Shown here one piece after another: positions 63,131 through 64,000 of a DNA stretch of 64,000 nt; within the stretch, counting starts at the first letter, position 1; every line of letters begins with the position of its first letter. Position numbers and translations under genes: made by a program. The stretch comes from a virus. Lineage: Duplodnaviria > Caudoviricetes. Where the stretch lies: positions 2,204-66,203 of the IMG/VR virus record IMGVR_UViG_3300008110_000042, one strand, 5' to 3'. The notes beneath the pieces were generated by a model. That model saw only the letters and a list, made by a program, of their open reading frames with translations, had not been told where the DNA came from and ran no database searches.

Positions 63131-63787
63131 TTAAAGACTCATCATTTCAATATAGGGCTTGCCATCAACGACAACGCCACAACTAATTACGGGTTTCTTA
63201 ATATGGTCTTCACCATACTTCATAGCAAGGTGCTTGCGATCAACACCACATCCAACATTCATTCCAAAGAGCGAATGCATTGGGCTAACTTGCCAGTTAA
63301 TTCCGGCGCAAGAATGGTGATGACCAGCAACCACAGAAATACCCATACCTTTAGCAGTGTTGAAAGCAGGGTATAGACCGCCACCCCCAATACCATGATA
63401 ATAAAACACATTATCAACAGTGTGGTTCTTAACCCAGTGCCAACTTGTATTATAAATTTCATTGAAGCTCCTGATATAAAAGTCTGGAATACCAGCATCA
63501 CCTGCTAGTCGGCGCACTCTATCATCATGGTTACCAACAGTAACAATCATGTTCTTGAATGCAGCCTTCCATTCTTTAATACATTCCATTGCTTGCTTGT
63601 ATTCCGACACAGCACCGGGATGATCCGGGTGCTTAGTATGGAATGAGATACAATGGTGGTCGATCACATCGCCAATATGAATAACCTTGTCACACTTGTA
63701 TTCCTTCTTGACATCCTTCACAAACTGAAGGTATCCATCTAGAACTGCGGGGAAGTGTGTATCCCCGATAATTAAAACTCTACTCAC
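63131..63787 (-). CDS. calcineurin-like metallophosphoesterase
   Basis: GDTH, GDVID, GNHD, HG and GHHH motifs; GTG start after GGAGG. Confidence 0.9.
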   Translation of the reverse strand: MSRVLIIGDTHFPAVLDGYLQFVKDVKKEYKCDKVIHIGDVIDHHCISFHTKHPDHPGAVSEYKQAMECIKEWKAAFKNMIVTVGNHDDRVRRLAGDAGIPDFYIRSFNEIYNTSWHWVKNHTVDNVFYYHGIGGGGLYPAFNTAKGMGISVVAGHHHSCAGINWQVSPMHSLFGMNVGCGVDRKHLAMKYGEDHIKKPVISCGVVVDGKPYIEMMSL

Positions 63788-64000
63788 TTGCCGTCCTCCT
63801 TGAAGCAATCCCATCCACGCCGCTGCGCTTCTCTGCGCGCATCCGCCATCGTTGGCAGATGGTTGGCCTCGTTGTTGCACACTTCCCGCCTCGCCTCGTC
63901 GCGCTCTTTGATTAGCCGCTCAATCACTTCTGCGATCTCATCGGCACAGTTGATGCTGTGAGACAGTCTCTTGATCCTTGCGATGGCATCGTGTTCGTTC
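63784..64000 (-). CDS. partial small protein with ERDEARREVC...RGWDCF motif
   Basis: Manual translation; start lies beyond the window. Confidence 0.6.
   Translation of the reverse strand, partial: NEHDAIARIKRLSHSINCADEIAEVIERLIKERDEARREVCNNEANHLPTMADARREAQRRGWDCFKEDGK

Noticed and set aside
270-63376. Plus-strand ORFs in the track (e.g. 1466-2140, 11918-12550, 14792-15580)
   Set aside because: They are antisense shadows of well-supported minus-strand genes, with no recognisable motifs.
1-64000. Stop-codon reassignment
   Set aside because: Core genes are full length in the standard code and none of the tRNAs is a suppressor.

Overview
The window is most of a lytic T7-like (Autographiviridae-type) podophage genome, opened inside the RNA polymerase gene. 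Essentially all real genes are on the minus strand. In transcription order (right to left) it holds the replication and nucleotide genes (metallophosphoesterase, SSB, RusA-like resolvase, ThyX, deaminase, primase-helicase, family A DNA polymerase, dNMP kinase, exonuclease, dUTPase, class II RNR), then portal, a cluster of tiny very basic proteins, a fibre/spike pair, scaffold, major capsid, tail tubes A/B, tail fibre, a membrane/lysis block, terminases, a sulfotransferase-like gene and the internal virion genes ending in a 4154-aa giant. A palindrome-dense non-coding kilobase (about 10.0-11.0 kb) is the probable genome junction. The early region follows, with structured non-coding units separated by a repeated GAAA hairpin, many small ORFs, a Ser/Thr-kinase-like gene, four tRNAs, a DUF932 gene and the N-terminal part of the single-subunit RNA polymerase, which the ORF track missed. 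Most notable are the candidate early non-coding RNA array with an anti-repeat, a roughly 270-nt multi-helix RNA candidate, a four-copy 22-bp candidate phage promoter and the multi-domain giant ejection protein. All family assignments come from motifs recognised by eye, not from database searches.
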